From an uncultured Gemmatimonadota bacterium (GTDB taxonomy: Bacteria; Gemmatimonadota; Gemmatimonadetes; Palauibacterales; Palauibacteraceae), in NCBI GenBank assembly GCA_964518305.1, contig CAZFDK010000002.1, positions 44,392 to 108,391 on the forward strand: a stretch of 64,000 nucleotides of DNA, in the 5' to 3' direction. Under the pieces are notes generated by a model. That model did not search any database. It was given only the letters and a program-made list of their open reading frames with translations, and was not told where the DNA came from. Each line of letters starts with the position of its first letter. Within the stretch, counting starts at the first letter, position 1. Positions 8,429 through 15,882 of the stretch are shown piece after piece. The position numbers and the translations under genes are program-made.

Positions 8429-9315
8429 CACGCCCCCGGCTTGCGGGCCCGGACGAAGGCGGCCATCAGCCGCCCGTCGATCTCCTCCGCCACCTCGTCC
8501 GGATCGAGCCCGGCGTCCTCGATGAAGGACGCGGCGTCCCCGGCGGAGTAGACGCGGGTCGGCTCCACCTCGATCTCGCCGAAGCCCGCCTCCGCCAGCA
8601 GGCGGCGGTACTCGTCCTCCTCCAGGGCCCCCGCGACGCAGCCGGCCCACAGCTCCATGTTCCGGCGGATGGCCTCCGGGACCGGGCCGCGGACCACCAC
8701 GTCGGACACCGCGAATCGGCCGCCGGGCCGCAGGACGCGGAAGGCCTCGGAGAGGACCTGCTCCTTGTCGGCCGAGAGGTTGATGACGCAGTTGGAGATG
8801 ATCACGTCGACGGAGGCGTCCGGGAGCGGGAGGTCCTCGATCTCCCCCTTGCGGAACTCCACGTTCCCGGCCCCCGCCTCCCGGGCGTTCTGCCGCGCCT
8901 CCTCCAGCATCTCGTCGGTCATGTCGACGCCGTAGACCCGGCCCTCGGGCCCCACCCGGCGGGCCGAGAGCAGGACGTCGACGCCGGCCCCGGAGCCCAG
9001 GTCCAGCACCGTCTCGCCCTCCCGCAGCTTCGCCAGCGCCGTCGGATTGCCGCACCCGAGGGAGGCCTCCAGCGCAGCCGTCGGAAGGTCCTCGCGGTCG
9101 TCGTCGCCGTAGAGGCCCGAGGTGATTGGATCCCCGTCCTCCCCGGCACAGGAGCTTCCGGCATCGCAGCAGCCGCCTTCCGCCACCTGCCGCGCCGCAT
9201 CGCCGTACTTCTCCCGGAGCTGCTCCCGGAGCTGCTCGGACGTCTCGATCGCCTCGTCGCTCGACCTCCGCGGGGAGGAGGCGGCTCCGTCGTCGTCCGT
9301 CATATCAATCACCAT
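8428..9315 (-). CDS. arsM: Arsenite S-adenosylmethionine methyltransferase
   Basis: The SAM motif [12 protein letters not shown] plus conserved Cys residues ([24 protein letters not shown]) match ArsM. An alternative start lies at 9303. Confidence 0.8.
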   Translation of the reverse strand: MVIDMTDDDGAASSPRRSSDEAIETSEQLREQLREKYGDAARQVAEGGCCDAGSSCAGEDGDPITSGLYGDDDREDLPTAALEASLGCGNPTALAKLREGETVLDLGSGAGVDVLLSARRVGPEGRVYGVDMTDEMLEEARQNAREAGAGNVEFRKGEIEDLPLPDASVDVIISNCVINLSADKEQVLSEAFRVLRPGGRFAVSDVVVRGPVPEAIRRNMELWAGCVAGALEEDEYRRLLAEAGFGEIEVEPTRVYSAGDAASFIEDAGLDPDEVAEEIDGRLMAAFVRARKPGA

Positions 9316-9319
9316 TGAT
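9304..9319. promoter_or_regulatory. Perfect palindrome ATCAAT-CACC-ATTGAT (candidate ArsR operator) overlapping the arsM start
   Basis: Read directly from the sequence. It has the same 6-4-6 architecture as the site at 9714-9729. Confidence 0.5.
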
Positions 9320-9372
9320 GGGTTCGTCCAAAAAAAGGGAGAAGGAGCCCCGGCTCGTCCCGGCCGGGCGTG

Positions 9373-9699
9373 TCAGCAGCAGCGCCCGGCCGATTCCCCG
9401 GACGACGCGGCGCGGGCGAGCGCGTCCAGCTCGTCGCGGAGCGCCTCCAGGCCCTCCCGGTCCAGCGAGTAGTAGACCCAGCGGCCGTCACGCCGGTCGT
9501 TCACCAGCCCCGCCTCCTTCAGCGACTTCAGGTGGAAGGAGAGAAGGGACTGCCCCACGTCCAGAGCGTCCGTCAGGTCGCACACACATTGCTCGCCGTC
9601 GCACAGCATCTCGAGGATCCGGAGACGCTTGTCGTCCGACAGCGCCTGGAAGCGCGCGGACACGTCTCGGTCGGGGGCCGTAGGCGTCTTCGTGGTCAT
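9373..9699 (-). CDS. arsR: ArsR/SmtB-family metalloregulator
   Basis: LRILEMLCDGEQCVCDLTDALDVGQSLLSFHLKSLKEAGLV, with a C-terminal GRCC. Confidence 0.85.
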   Translation of the reverse strand: MTTKTPTAPDRDVSARFQALSDDKRLRILEMLCDGEQCVCDLTDALDVGQSLLSFHLKSLKEAGLVNDRRDGRWVYYSLDREGLEALRDELDALARAASSGESAGRCC

Positions 9700-9713
9700 G
9701 ACCCCCTCAATAT

Positions 9714-9729
9714 ATCAATCATAATTGAT
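9714..9729. promoter_or_regulatory. Perfect palindrome ATCAAT-CATA-ATTGAT (candidate ArsR operator) just upstream of arsR
   Basis: Read directly. It sits in an AT-rich patch 15 nt upstream of the arsR ATG (9699, minus strand). Confidence 0.55.
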
Positions 9730-9861
9730 CAGTCAACCCGACGGGCGCCCGGGCCCGGAGAGGTCCGCGCGAGGAGAGTTTCCCTGGCGGCAGTCGCCCC
9801 CCAGGTTTCGAAGACGTGGAGCCGCCCTTCCCTCACCCCGTACGCCGGATGGTCATCGCCC

Positions 9862-10203
9862 GTGGCTGACGTCCGCGTGGTCTACGACGGCGACTGCCCC
9901 TTCTGCTCGGCCTATGCCCGCCTGACCCGCCTGCGCCAGCGACACGACATGGAGCTGGTGAACGCCCGGGAGGCACCGGAGCTCGTGCGGCGCCTGCGGG
10001 ACCGGGGGTACGACGTGGACGAGGGGATGGTCGTCCTGGCGGACGGCGACATCCATCACGGCGAGGACGCCGCGGCGTTCCTGGAGGTGGCGAGCCGGCT
10101 CCCCCTGCTCCCCTCCGCCGGGTGGATCCGGCGCCTCTATCCCTGGGTGTACCGACTCAGGAGCCTCGCCCTCCGGCTGCTGGGGCGTGACCCCCACATC
10201 TGA
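9862..10203 (+). CDS. DCC-family thiol-disulfide oxidoreductase (DUF393)
   Basis: VVYDGDCPFCSAYARL motif. The GTG start at 9862 is a guess within ORF 9370..10203. Confidence 0.6.
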   Translation: MADVRVVYDGDCPFCSAYARLTRLRQRHDMELVNAREAPELVRRLRDRGYDVDEGMVVLADGDIHHGEDAAAFLEVASRLPLLPSAGWIRRLYPWVYRLRSLALRLLGRDPHI

Positions 10204-10226
10204 GGAGAAACGGGAGGAGGACCGCC

Positions 10227-11042
10227 TCACTCCCCGCCGGCGGCGTACATCCGCAGGTGCATCTGGAGGGGCCCGACCCGGGTCATGCTCTCCACCCGGA
10301 CGACGAGCCGGCGCTCGTCGTCGCTGACCCAGATCCGCGCGTCGCGGTCCTCGCCGAAGACGTCCAGGGCCGGGATCACCGGCTCCACCGCGACCGTTCG
10401 AAAACGGCCGGCCGGCACGCGAATCTGCTCGCGGCCGAGCACACGGAAGACCACGGGGTTGTTCTCCGGCTGGAAGTGCCGGTCGAGTCGGACCGTTCCG
10501 CCCGGCTCGAGCGGGAGGGAGCGGAGCAGGTAGAGCAGACCCATCCCGTCCAGGGCCGCCTCCGGCATCGGAGACCGTGAGCCGCCGGGGGGCCTCGACA
10601 CGGACACGCCCGCCTCGTGGTCCAGCGTCCACCGGCCGCCCTTCTCCTCGCCGAGCTCCCGGTAACGCTTCCTGAGTCGGAGCGTCCGGAGCGGGTCGGT
10701 GGCGATCCAGGCCACGTGACGATCGTGGATCTCGGCGAAGGCGGCGCCCACGTCGATGGTCAGCGAGACCCGGTGGGCGTCGGCGACTGCCGCGGACGTG
10801 TCCGGCCGGGACGTGATCTCGGCCCGGCCCAGCTGAAGACGCCCGAGCTGGACAGCGTACTCGAAGCGCTCCGTGTCCGGGAACGGCCAACCTTCGACGC
10901 GGGTCGCCGTGGTGTCGCCGGCGGAGGGCGCCTGCTGTCGAACGTGCGGCTGCTCCACCACCGGGGCCGGCAGCGCCGCGGCGGCCAGGAGGGCGAGCGC
11001 GGCCCCGCCCGCTCCCGATATTCCGAACCACACCCGACGCAT
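10227..11042 (-). CDS. DUF3108-like secreted protein
   Basis: Signal peptide MRRVWFGISGAGGAALALLAAAAL. The C-terminal ARIWVSDDERRLVVRVES..GPLQMHL pattern is typical of DUF3108. ATG at 11042. Confidence 0.5.
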   Translation of the reverse strand: MRRVWFGISGAGGAALALLAAAALPAPVVEQPHVRQQAPSAGDTTATRVEGWPFPDTERFEYAVQLGRLQLGRAEITSRPDTSAAVADAHRVSLTIDVGAAFAEIHDRHVAWIATDPLRTLRLRKRYRELGEEKGGRWTLDHEAGVSVSRPPGGSRSPMPEAALDGMGLLYLLRSLPLEPGGTVRLDRHFQPENNPVVFRVLGREQIRVPAGRFRTVAVEPVIPALDVFGEDRDARIWVSDDERRLVVRVESMTRVGPLQMHLRMYAAGGE

Positions 11043-11305
11043 CACGGGGCGCCCGATCCGGGTCGCTCGGCTACAGCTCTGCATCCAGGACATCCAGGCC
11101 TTCTCTGCAGGACGCATTCTGTCTCGGTTCCACCACCGTACGGATACCGTACGGATGTGGACGACCGGTAACGGGCCGGTCGCGGGGCCGTCGTGCAACG
11201 ATACCCGGGAACGAGGTAAGGGACGACGACGTTGGTTCGGTCGAGATAGGGGACGGGGACGTCGGACGCCCGGAACGCCGGCTCGCAACGACACCGAGGC
11301 CGCGG

Positions 11306-11950
11306 ATGACACAGCCGCTGGTGGAATACCTGCAGTCCTTCGGGTACCTGACCGTGCTGGCCGCCGGCTTCGCGGAGTACGCGGGTGTTCCGATCGCCAC
11401 CGTTCCGGTGCTCGTCACCGCCGGCGGGCTCTCCCAGGCGGCCGGGCTGAACCCCGTCCTGGTGGCGGCCAGCGCGGCCGGCGGCGGTCTCGCCGCCGAT
11501 CTCGGCTGGTTCGCCGTCGTCCGACGAAGGGGCGACGACGTCGTCGATGCGGCGTGCGGCCTCACTTCCAACCCGGACGCCTGCGTCATGGGCGTTCGGG
11601 ACCGGGTGGAGCGGCTCGGCCCGGCCTACGTCCTGCCGTCGAAGTTCATCCCCGGGGCGGGAAACCTCGTGGCCGCGGCCTCCGCTCTCTCCGGCATGCG
11701 GCCGTCGCGCTTCGCCGCATACGACGCCCTCGCCCTGCTCCTCTGGGCGGGAGCGTACACGCTGGCCGGGTTCCTCTTCGCGTCCCAGATCCAGGGAGTG
11801 ATCGACCTCGTGCTTCGCTACCAGCGCTGGGCCGTGACCGGCGCGGCGGCGCTCGTCGTGGGCGCCGGCGCCTGGCGGGTGATGCGGATCGTCCTCCACC
11901 GCACGGGACACGCCGCGGGGAGCAGCCAGGGCCAGGGCGGGGCGCCATGA
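11306..11950 (+). CDS. DedA-family membrane protein
   Basis: YLQSFGYLTVLAAGFAEYAGVPIATVPVLV..SKFIPGAGNLVAAASALSGM. Confidence 0.7.
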   Translation: MTQPLVEYLQSFGYLTVLAAGFAEYAGVPIATVPVLVTAGGLSQAAGLNPVLVAASAAGGGLAADLGWFAVVRRRGDDVVDAACGLTSNPDACVMGVRDRVERLGPAYVLPSKFIPGAGNLVAAASALSGMRPSRFAAYDALALLLWAGAYTLAGFLFASQIQGVIDLVLRYQRWAVTGAAALVVGAGAWRVMRIVLHRTGHAAGSSQGQGGAP

Positions 11951-12786
11951 GCGGGTCCGGACCTGGCGACGGCGGCCCGCTGGCTCTCGTGCTCAGCGGC
12001 GGGGGGAGCAAGGGGGCGCTCCAGGTCGGCATGTACCGCGCGCTGTGCCAGGTCGGGCTCGAGCCCGATTTCGTCGTCGGCTCCAGCGTCGGGGCCCTGA
12101 ACGGGGCCCTGATCGCCGCCGGCGTCGGCCCGCGCGCCCTGGCACGGGGGTGGAGCGAGCTGACGCGCTCCGATCTGTTCCGGTTCAACTGGTCCCTTCT
12201 CTGGCGGGGGCTCGCTTCCGAAGCTCTCTTCCGGCAGGGTGTCTTTCGACGGTTCCTCGAGGAGCGGCTCCCCGTGCACGCCTTCGAGGAGCTCGACGTG
12301 CCGCTCCACGTGGTGAGCACCCATCTGTCCATGGGCACGGCCTGCCACTGGAACGAGGAGGACCTCGTGGAGGCGGTGCTCGCCAGCTGCTCGGTGCCCG
12401 GGCTCCTGCCGCCGGTCTACGCCCACGGCGGGGTGCCCCACGTGGACGGCTCGCTGGGTGACAACCTGCCGGTGGCCCGGGCCCGGGAACTGGGAGCGGA
12501 GCGGATCGTGGCCATGACCGCCAGGACCTGCGACCGGTGCGAGCCGAAGCGGGTGGGCATCGGGGATGTCATCGGACGCGCGTTCAGCATCGCCGCCGAC
12601 TGCACCCTCCGCCGCATGGCCGACGACGTGCGGGAGGACCCGTCCCTGCTCCTGCTCCAGCCCGACCTGGGCGAGCAGGTCTACGCCCTGGACTTCAGCC
12701 AGTCGGCCCGACTGGTCGACGCCGGATACGACTTCGCCCTGCCGCGGATCCGGCGCTGGGCCGCCGGGTCGCCGGTCGAATCCTGA
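11947..12786 (+). CDS. Patatin-like phospholipase
   Basis: LVLSGGGSKGALQVG (oxyanion), GSSVGALNG (GxSxG) and HVDGSLGDNLP (DG) motifs. The ATG at 11947 overlaps the DedA stop. Confidence 0.8.
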   Translation: MSGSGPGDGGPLALVLSGGGSKGALQVGMYRALCQVGLEPDFVVGSSVGALNGALIAAGVGPRALARGWSELTRSDLFRFNWSLLWRGLASEALFRQGVFRRFLEERLPVHAFEELDVPLHVVSTHLSMGTACHWNEEDLVEAVLASCSVPGLLPPVYAHGGVPHVDGSLGDNLPVARARELGAERIVAMTARTCDRCEPKRVGIGDVIGRAFSIAADCTLRRMADDVREDPSLLLLQPDLGEQVYALDFSQSARLVDAGYDFALPRIRRWAAGSPVES

Positions 12787-12844
12787 GTCGAACCCCTGAT
12801 CGACGCCCCGCCGGCGCTCCCGCCGCGGGACCGCGCCGGCGGCC

Positions 12845-13591
12845 TCACCGATGCTCAGGGTTCGGGTGATCGAAGCGGCAGCCCGCGTCCCACTCCGAGC
12901 GCTGATTCCCGTGGGCGGGAATCCCGCCCCGGTCCTTCAGCGTCCGGGCCAGGTGCATCAGGTTCCAGGTCATGAACGTGGTGTTGCGCTGCGTGAACTC
13001 GTTCTGCGGCCCGCCCGACCCCTCGTCGAGGTACGACGGACCGGGTCCGGCCTCCCCGATCCATCCGGCATCGGCCTGCGGCGGCACCGTGTAGCCGATG
13101 TGCTGGAGGGCGTATAGGGTGTTCATCGCGCAGTGCTTGATGCCGTCCTCGTTGCCGGTGAGGATGCACCCGGCGACCCGGTCGTAGTAGGCGTACTGGC
13201 CGCGGTCGTTGAGCTCGCCGGAGTATCCGTACAGCCGCTCGATCACCTTGCTGCACTCCGACGAGCGCTCGCCGAGCCAGATGGGCGAGCCCAGGATCAG
13301 GATCTCGGCGGCCATCACCTTCTCCTGGATCGCGGGCCAGTCGTCGCTCTCCCACCCGTGTTCGGTCATGTCCTTGTAGACGCCCGGGGCGATATCGTGG
13401 TCCACCGGGCGCAGCACCTCGACGTCCACGTCGTTCTCCTCCATGATGGCAGCGGAGACGTCGATCAGCCCCCGGGTGTGGGACTGCTCCGGCGACGGCT
13501 TCAGTGTACAGTTGAAAAAAAGAGCGCTCAGGTCCGAGTAGTCCTCGTCGCTCTCCTCGCACATCTGCTTCTGTCGTTCGCTGAGCGTCAT
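12845..13591 (-). CDS. Flavodoxin-like NAD(P)H-dependent FMN reductase family protein
   Basis: ALFFNCTLKPSP..AEILILGSPIWLGERSS..ILTGNEDG pattern. ATG at 13591. Confidence 0.55.
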   Translation of the reverse strand: MTLSERQKQMCEESDEDYSDLSALFFNCTLKPSPEQSHTRGLIDVSAAIMEENDVDVEVLRPVDHDIAPGVYKDMTEHGWESDDWPAIQEKVMAAEILILGSPIWLGERSSECSKVIERLYGYSGELNDRGQYAYYDRVAGCILTGNEDGIKHCAMNTLYALQHIGYTVPPQADAGWIGEAGPGPSYLDEGSGGPQNEFTQRNTTFMTWNLMHLARTLKDRGGIPAHGNQRSEWDAGCRFDHPNPEHR

Positions 13592-13873
13592 TCGTGGTTT
13601 CCCCCTGTCGTGGGATCGTGAATCCAGTCTGCTCGCGGGTGCGGATCGCGCCCCGCCAACTGCGCTCGCCCCGTCGGTGTTCCCGGCGGCGGGCCGGAAG
13701 CCCCGCGGCGCGGGGCGGCCCGGAACAACGGTGGGGAGAGCACGGTTGACGCCTCCCGCGGGGACAGGGGGCCGAGCCCGGGGCGATGCGCCCTTCTCCG
13801 CGACCGCCGACGAGCGAGCGCGCCAGAGTCTGAATCGGAAGACGGTCTGAATCTGGAGAAGGAGGACTGGGTC

Positions 13874-14533
13874 GTGACTCGACTGGAGGAGAAGCTCCGA
13901 CGGACACGGGAGAAGGCCGCCGAGCGGATGCCCGAATCCGCCCTCGAGGTGCTGGGCGCGCACAGCCGACACCTGGAGGAAGCGGACCGCGCCGCCGAGG
14001 CCGTGGGCGTCGGAGAGGCCGCGCCCGACTTCCGGCTCGCCTCTGCCGGCGGAGGCGAGGTACAGCTCTCCGAGCTCCTCGCACGGGGGCCGGTGATCCT
14101 GAACTTCTACCGCGGACGCTGGTGACCGTACTGCAACCTGGAGCTGGCAGCTCTGGAAAGCCGACGGCACGACTTCGAGGAGAGAGACGCCTCCCTCGTG
14201 GCGATCTCCCCGCAGACGCCGGACGAGAGCCGGCGGGCGGCCGACGACTTCGGTGTCCACTTCCCGCTCCTGGCCGACCGGGCGAACGAGACGGCGCGGG
14301 ACTACGGCCTCGTGTATCGCTGTCCCGACCGCATGAAGGAGATCTTCCTGGAGGTGCTGGAGACGGACCTCGCGGAGTACAACGGCGACGACTCGTGGAC
14401 GCTCCCCATGCCCGCCCGGTACGTGGTGGACGGCGACGGCATCGTCCGGTGGGCCAGCGTGAGCCCCGACTACACCCGGCGCCCGGACCCGGAGGAGACG
14501 CTGCAGGCGCTGGAGGAGCCGGGGGAAAGCTGA
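13874..14533 (+). CDS. Peroxiredoxin-like (AhpC/TSA, PRX_like2-type) protein with in-frame UGA; predicted selenoprotein
   Basis: ORFs 13874..14125 and 14198..14533 are in the same frame. Read-through of the TGA at 14123-14125 gives VILNFYRGRW-U-PYCNLELAAL..SLVAISPQTPDES, the family redox motif WCPYC with Sec in place of Cys. GTG start preceded by GAAGGAGGA. Confidence 0.7.
14138..14156 (+). promoter_or_regulatory. Candidate bacterial SECIS hairpin
   Basis: CTGGAGCT-GGC-AGCTCTGG forms 8 bp (including 2 G-U pairs) with an apical loop that starts with G. It begins 12 nt after the UGA. Confidence 0.45.
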
Positions 14534-14541
14534 CGGCCCCC

Positions 14542-15840
14542 ATGCGCTGCGCCGGAAGGGCCGGGATCGGACGCCCGCTCCGGCTGGCGCTGGCCTCGCT
14601 GCTCCTCGTCGCGTGGGGGTGCGGGGGATCGCCGCAGATTCCCGAGATCCCCTGGACTCCGCCGGCCGACGTCGAGCGGGGGCCCTACCTGCAGGCCGTG
14701 ACCGACAGCTCCGCCGTCGTCCGGTGGCGGGGCACGGAGCCGCCCCCCCGGCCGTCCTTCCGGTATCGGATCGTCCGGGACCGGGCGGGCGAGGCGGACA
14801 CGAGCTGGACCGCGGCCCGGGTGGAGATGCGCCGGGACGCGGGCCGGGAGGCGCGGCTGAAGGGGCTCCCGGCCGGTACGTCCGTCGTCTACGAGGTCGT
14901 GGAGAACGGCCGGGTCCTCGGCCCGTACCGCTTCCGGACCGCGCCGCCGCCGGAGCGACCCGACAGCGTCGTCCGGGTCCTGGCCTTCGGCGACTCCGGA
15001 TGGGGGTCCCGGGAGCAGGTCACCCTGGCGCGGCGCATGACCGGGCGCGACCGGGACCTGGCGCTGCACGTCGGCGACCTGGCCTACCCGTCGGGCTCCG
15101 CGCGGTCCCTCACGCTGCGACACTTCGACGTCTACCGGAAACTGCTCGCGGAAGTCCCCCTCTTCCCGGTGCCGGGCAACCACGACCTGCGCACCGACGG
15201 AGGCCGGCCCTACGACGTCGCCTTCACCTGGCCCCGGGACGGTGACGGGAGCCGGAAACGCCGCTACTACCGGTTTCGCTGGGGACACGCCCTCTTCGTG
15301 GCCCTGGACACAAGCACGCCGGCCCAGCTGGATTCGCTGCAGCGCGGGGAGGGCGCCCAGTACCGCTGGCTGCGGACGCATCTCCGGCGGGCCGGGAGCG
15401 ACTCCTCGGTGCGCTGGACCGTGGTCTACATGCACCACCCCCTGTACAGCAGCGCAGGAGGACTGTCGGGCCACGGGTCGAACCGGGCGCTGCGCGACGC
15501 CCTGCGTCCCCTGTTCGAGCGGGAAGGGGTCGACCTCGTGCTGGCGGGCCACGACCACCACTACGAGCGCACCCGCCCGCTTCTGAACGGTGAGCCGGTG
15601 CCCCCGGGCTGCGGCCCGGTCTACGTCGTGACCGGCGGCGGGGGAGCCAGCCGGCACGCGCGCACCGTGCGGGAGAGCGGACGGACGGCCGCCTCCTCGC
15701 GCCGCTACCACTTTCTCGAGCTGAGTCTGCGGCGGAACGGGGCCCAGGGGCGGGCAGTGGGCCTCGACGGTCGCCCCCTGGACCGCTTCCGGCTGCGGAC
15801 GCACGAGTCCGCGGCCCGGCCGGGCAGCTGCGCGGGATGA
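14542..15840 (+). CDS. Purple-acid-phosphatase-like metallophosphoesterase lipoprotein
   Basis: Lipobox LLLVAWGCGG, plus GDSG, HVGDLAY, GNHD, MHHPLYSS and GHDHHYER motifs. ATG at 14542. Confidence 0.75.
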   Translation: MRCAGRAGIGRPLRLALASLLLVAWGCGGSPQIPEIPWTPPADVERGPYLQAVTDSSAVVRWRGTEPPPRPSFRYRIVRDRAGEADTSWTAARVEMRRDAGREARLKGLPAGTSVVYEVVENGRVLGPYRFRTAPPPERPDSVVRVLAFGDSGWGSREQVTLARRMTGRDRDLALHVGDLAYPSGSARSLTLRHFDVYRKLLAEVPLFPVPGNHDLRTDGGRPYDVAFTWPRDGDGSRKRRYYRFRWGHALFVALDTSTPAQLDSLQRGEGAQYRWLRTHLRRAGSDSSVRWTVVYMHHPLYSSAGGLSGHGSNRALRDALRPLFEREGVDLVLAGHDHHYERTRPLLNGEPVPPGCGPVYVVTGGGGASRHARTVRESGRTAASSRRYHFLELSLRRNGAQGRAVGLDGRPLDRFRLRTHESAARPGSCAG

Positions 15841-15882
15841 GCGGGAGGACAGGGCCGGGGGGCCTCCCCCGGCCGGGCCGGA

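Noticed and set aside
9340-9372. Hairpin plus T-run between arsR and arsM as an intrinsic terminator
   Set aside because: On the minus strand the GC stem (GCCCGGC..GCCGGGGC) is imperfect and is separated from the T7 run by about 10 nt. This is not a canonical terminator geometry, so I mention it only as a possible attenuator.
12845-13591. Flavoprotein as ArsH
   Set aside because: It is an NAD(P)H-FMN reductase-like protein, but it does not show the ArsH sequence pattern as I recall it. It also lies 3 kb outside the ars operons.
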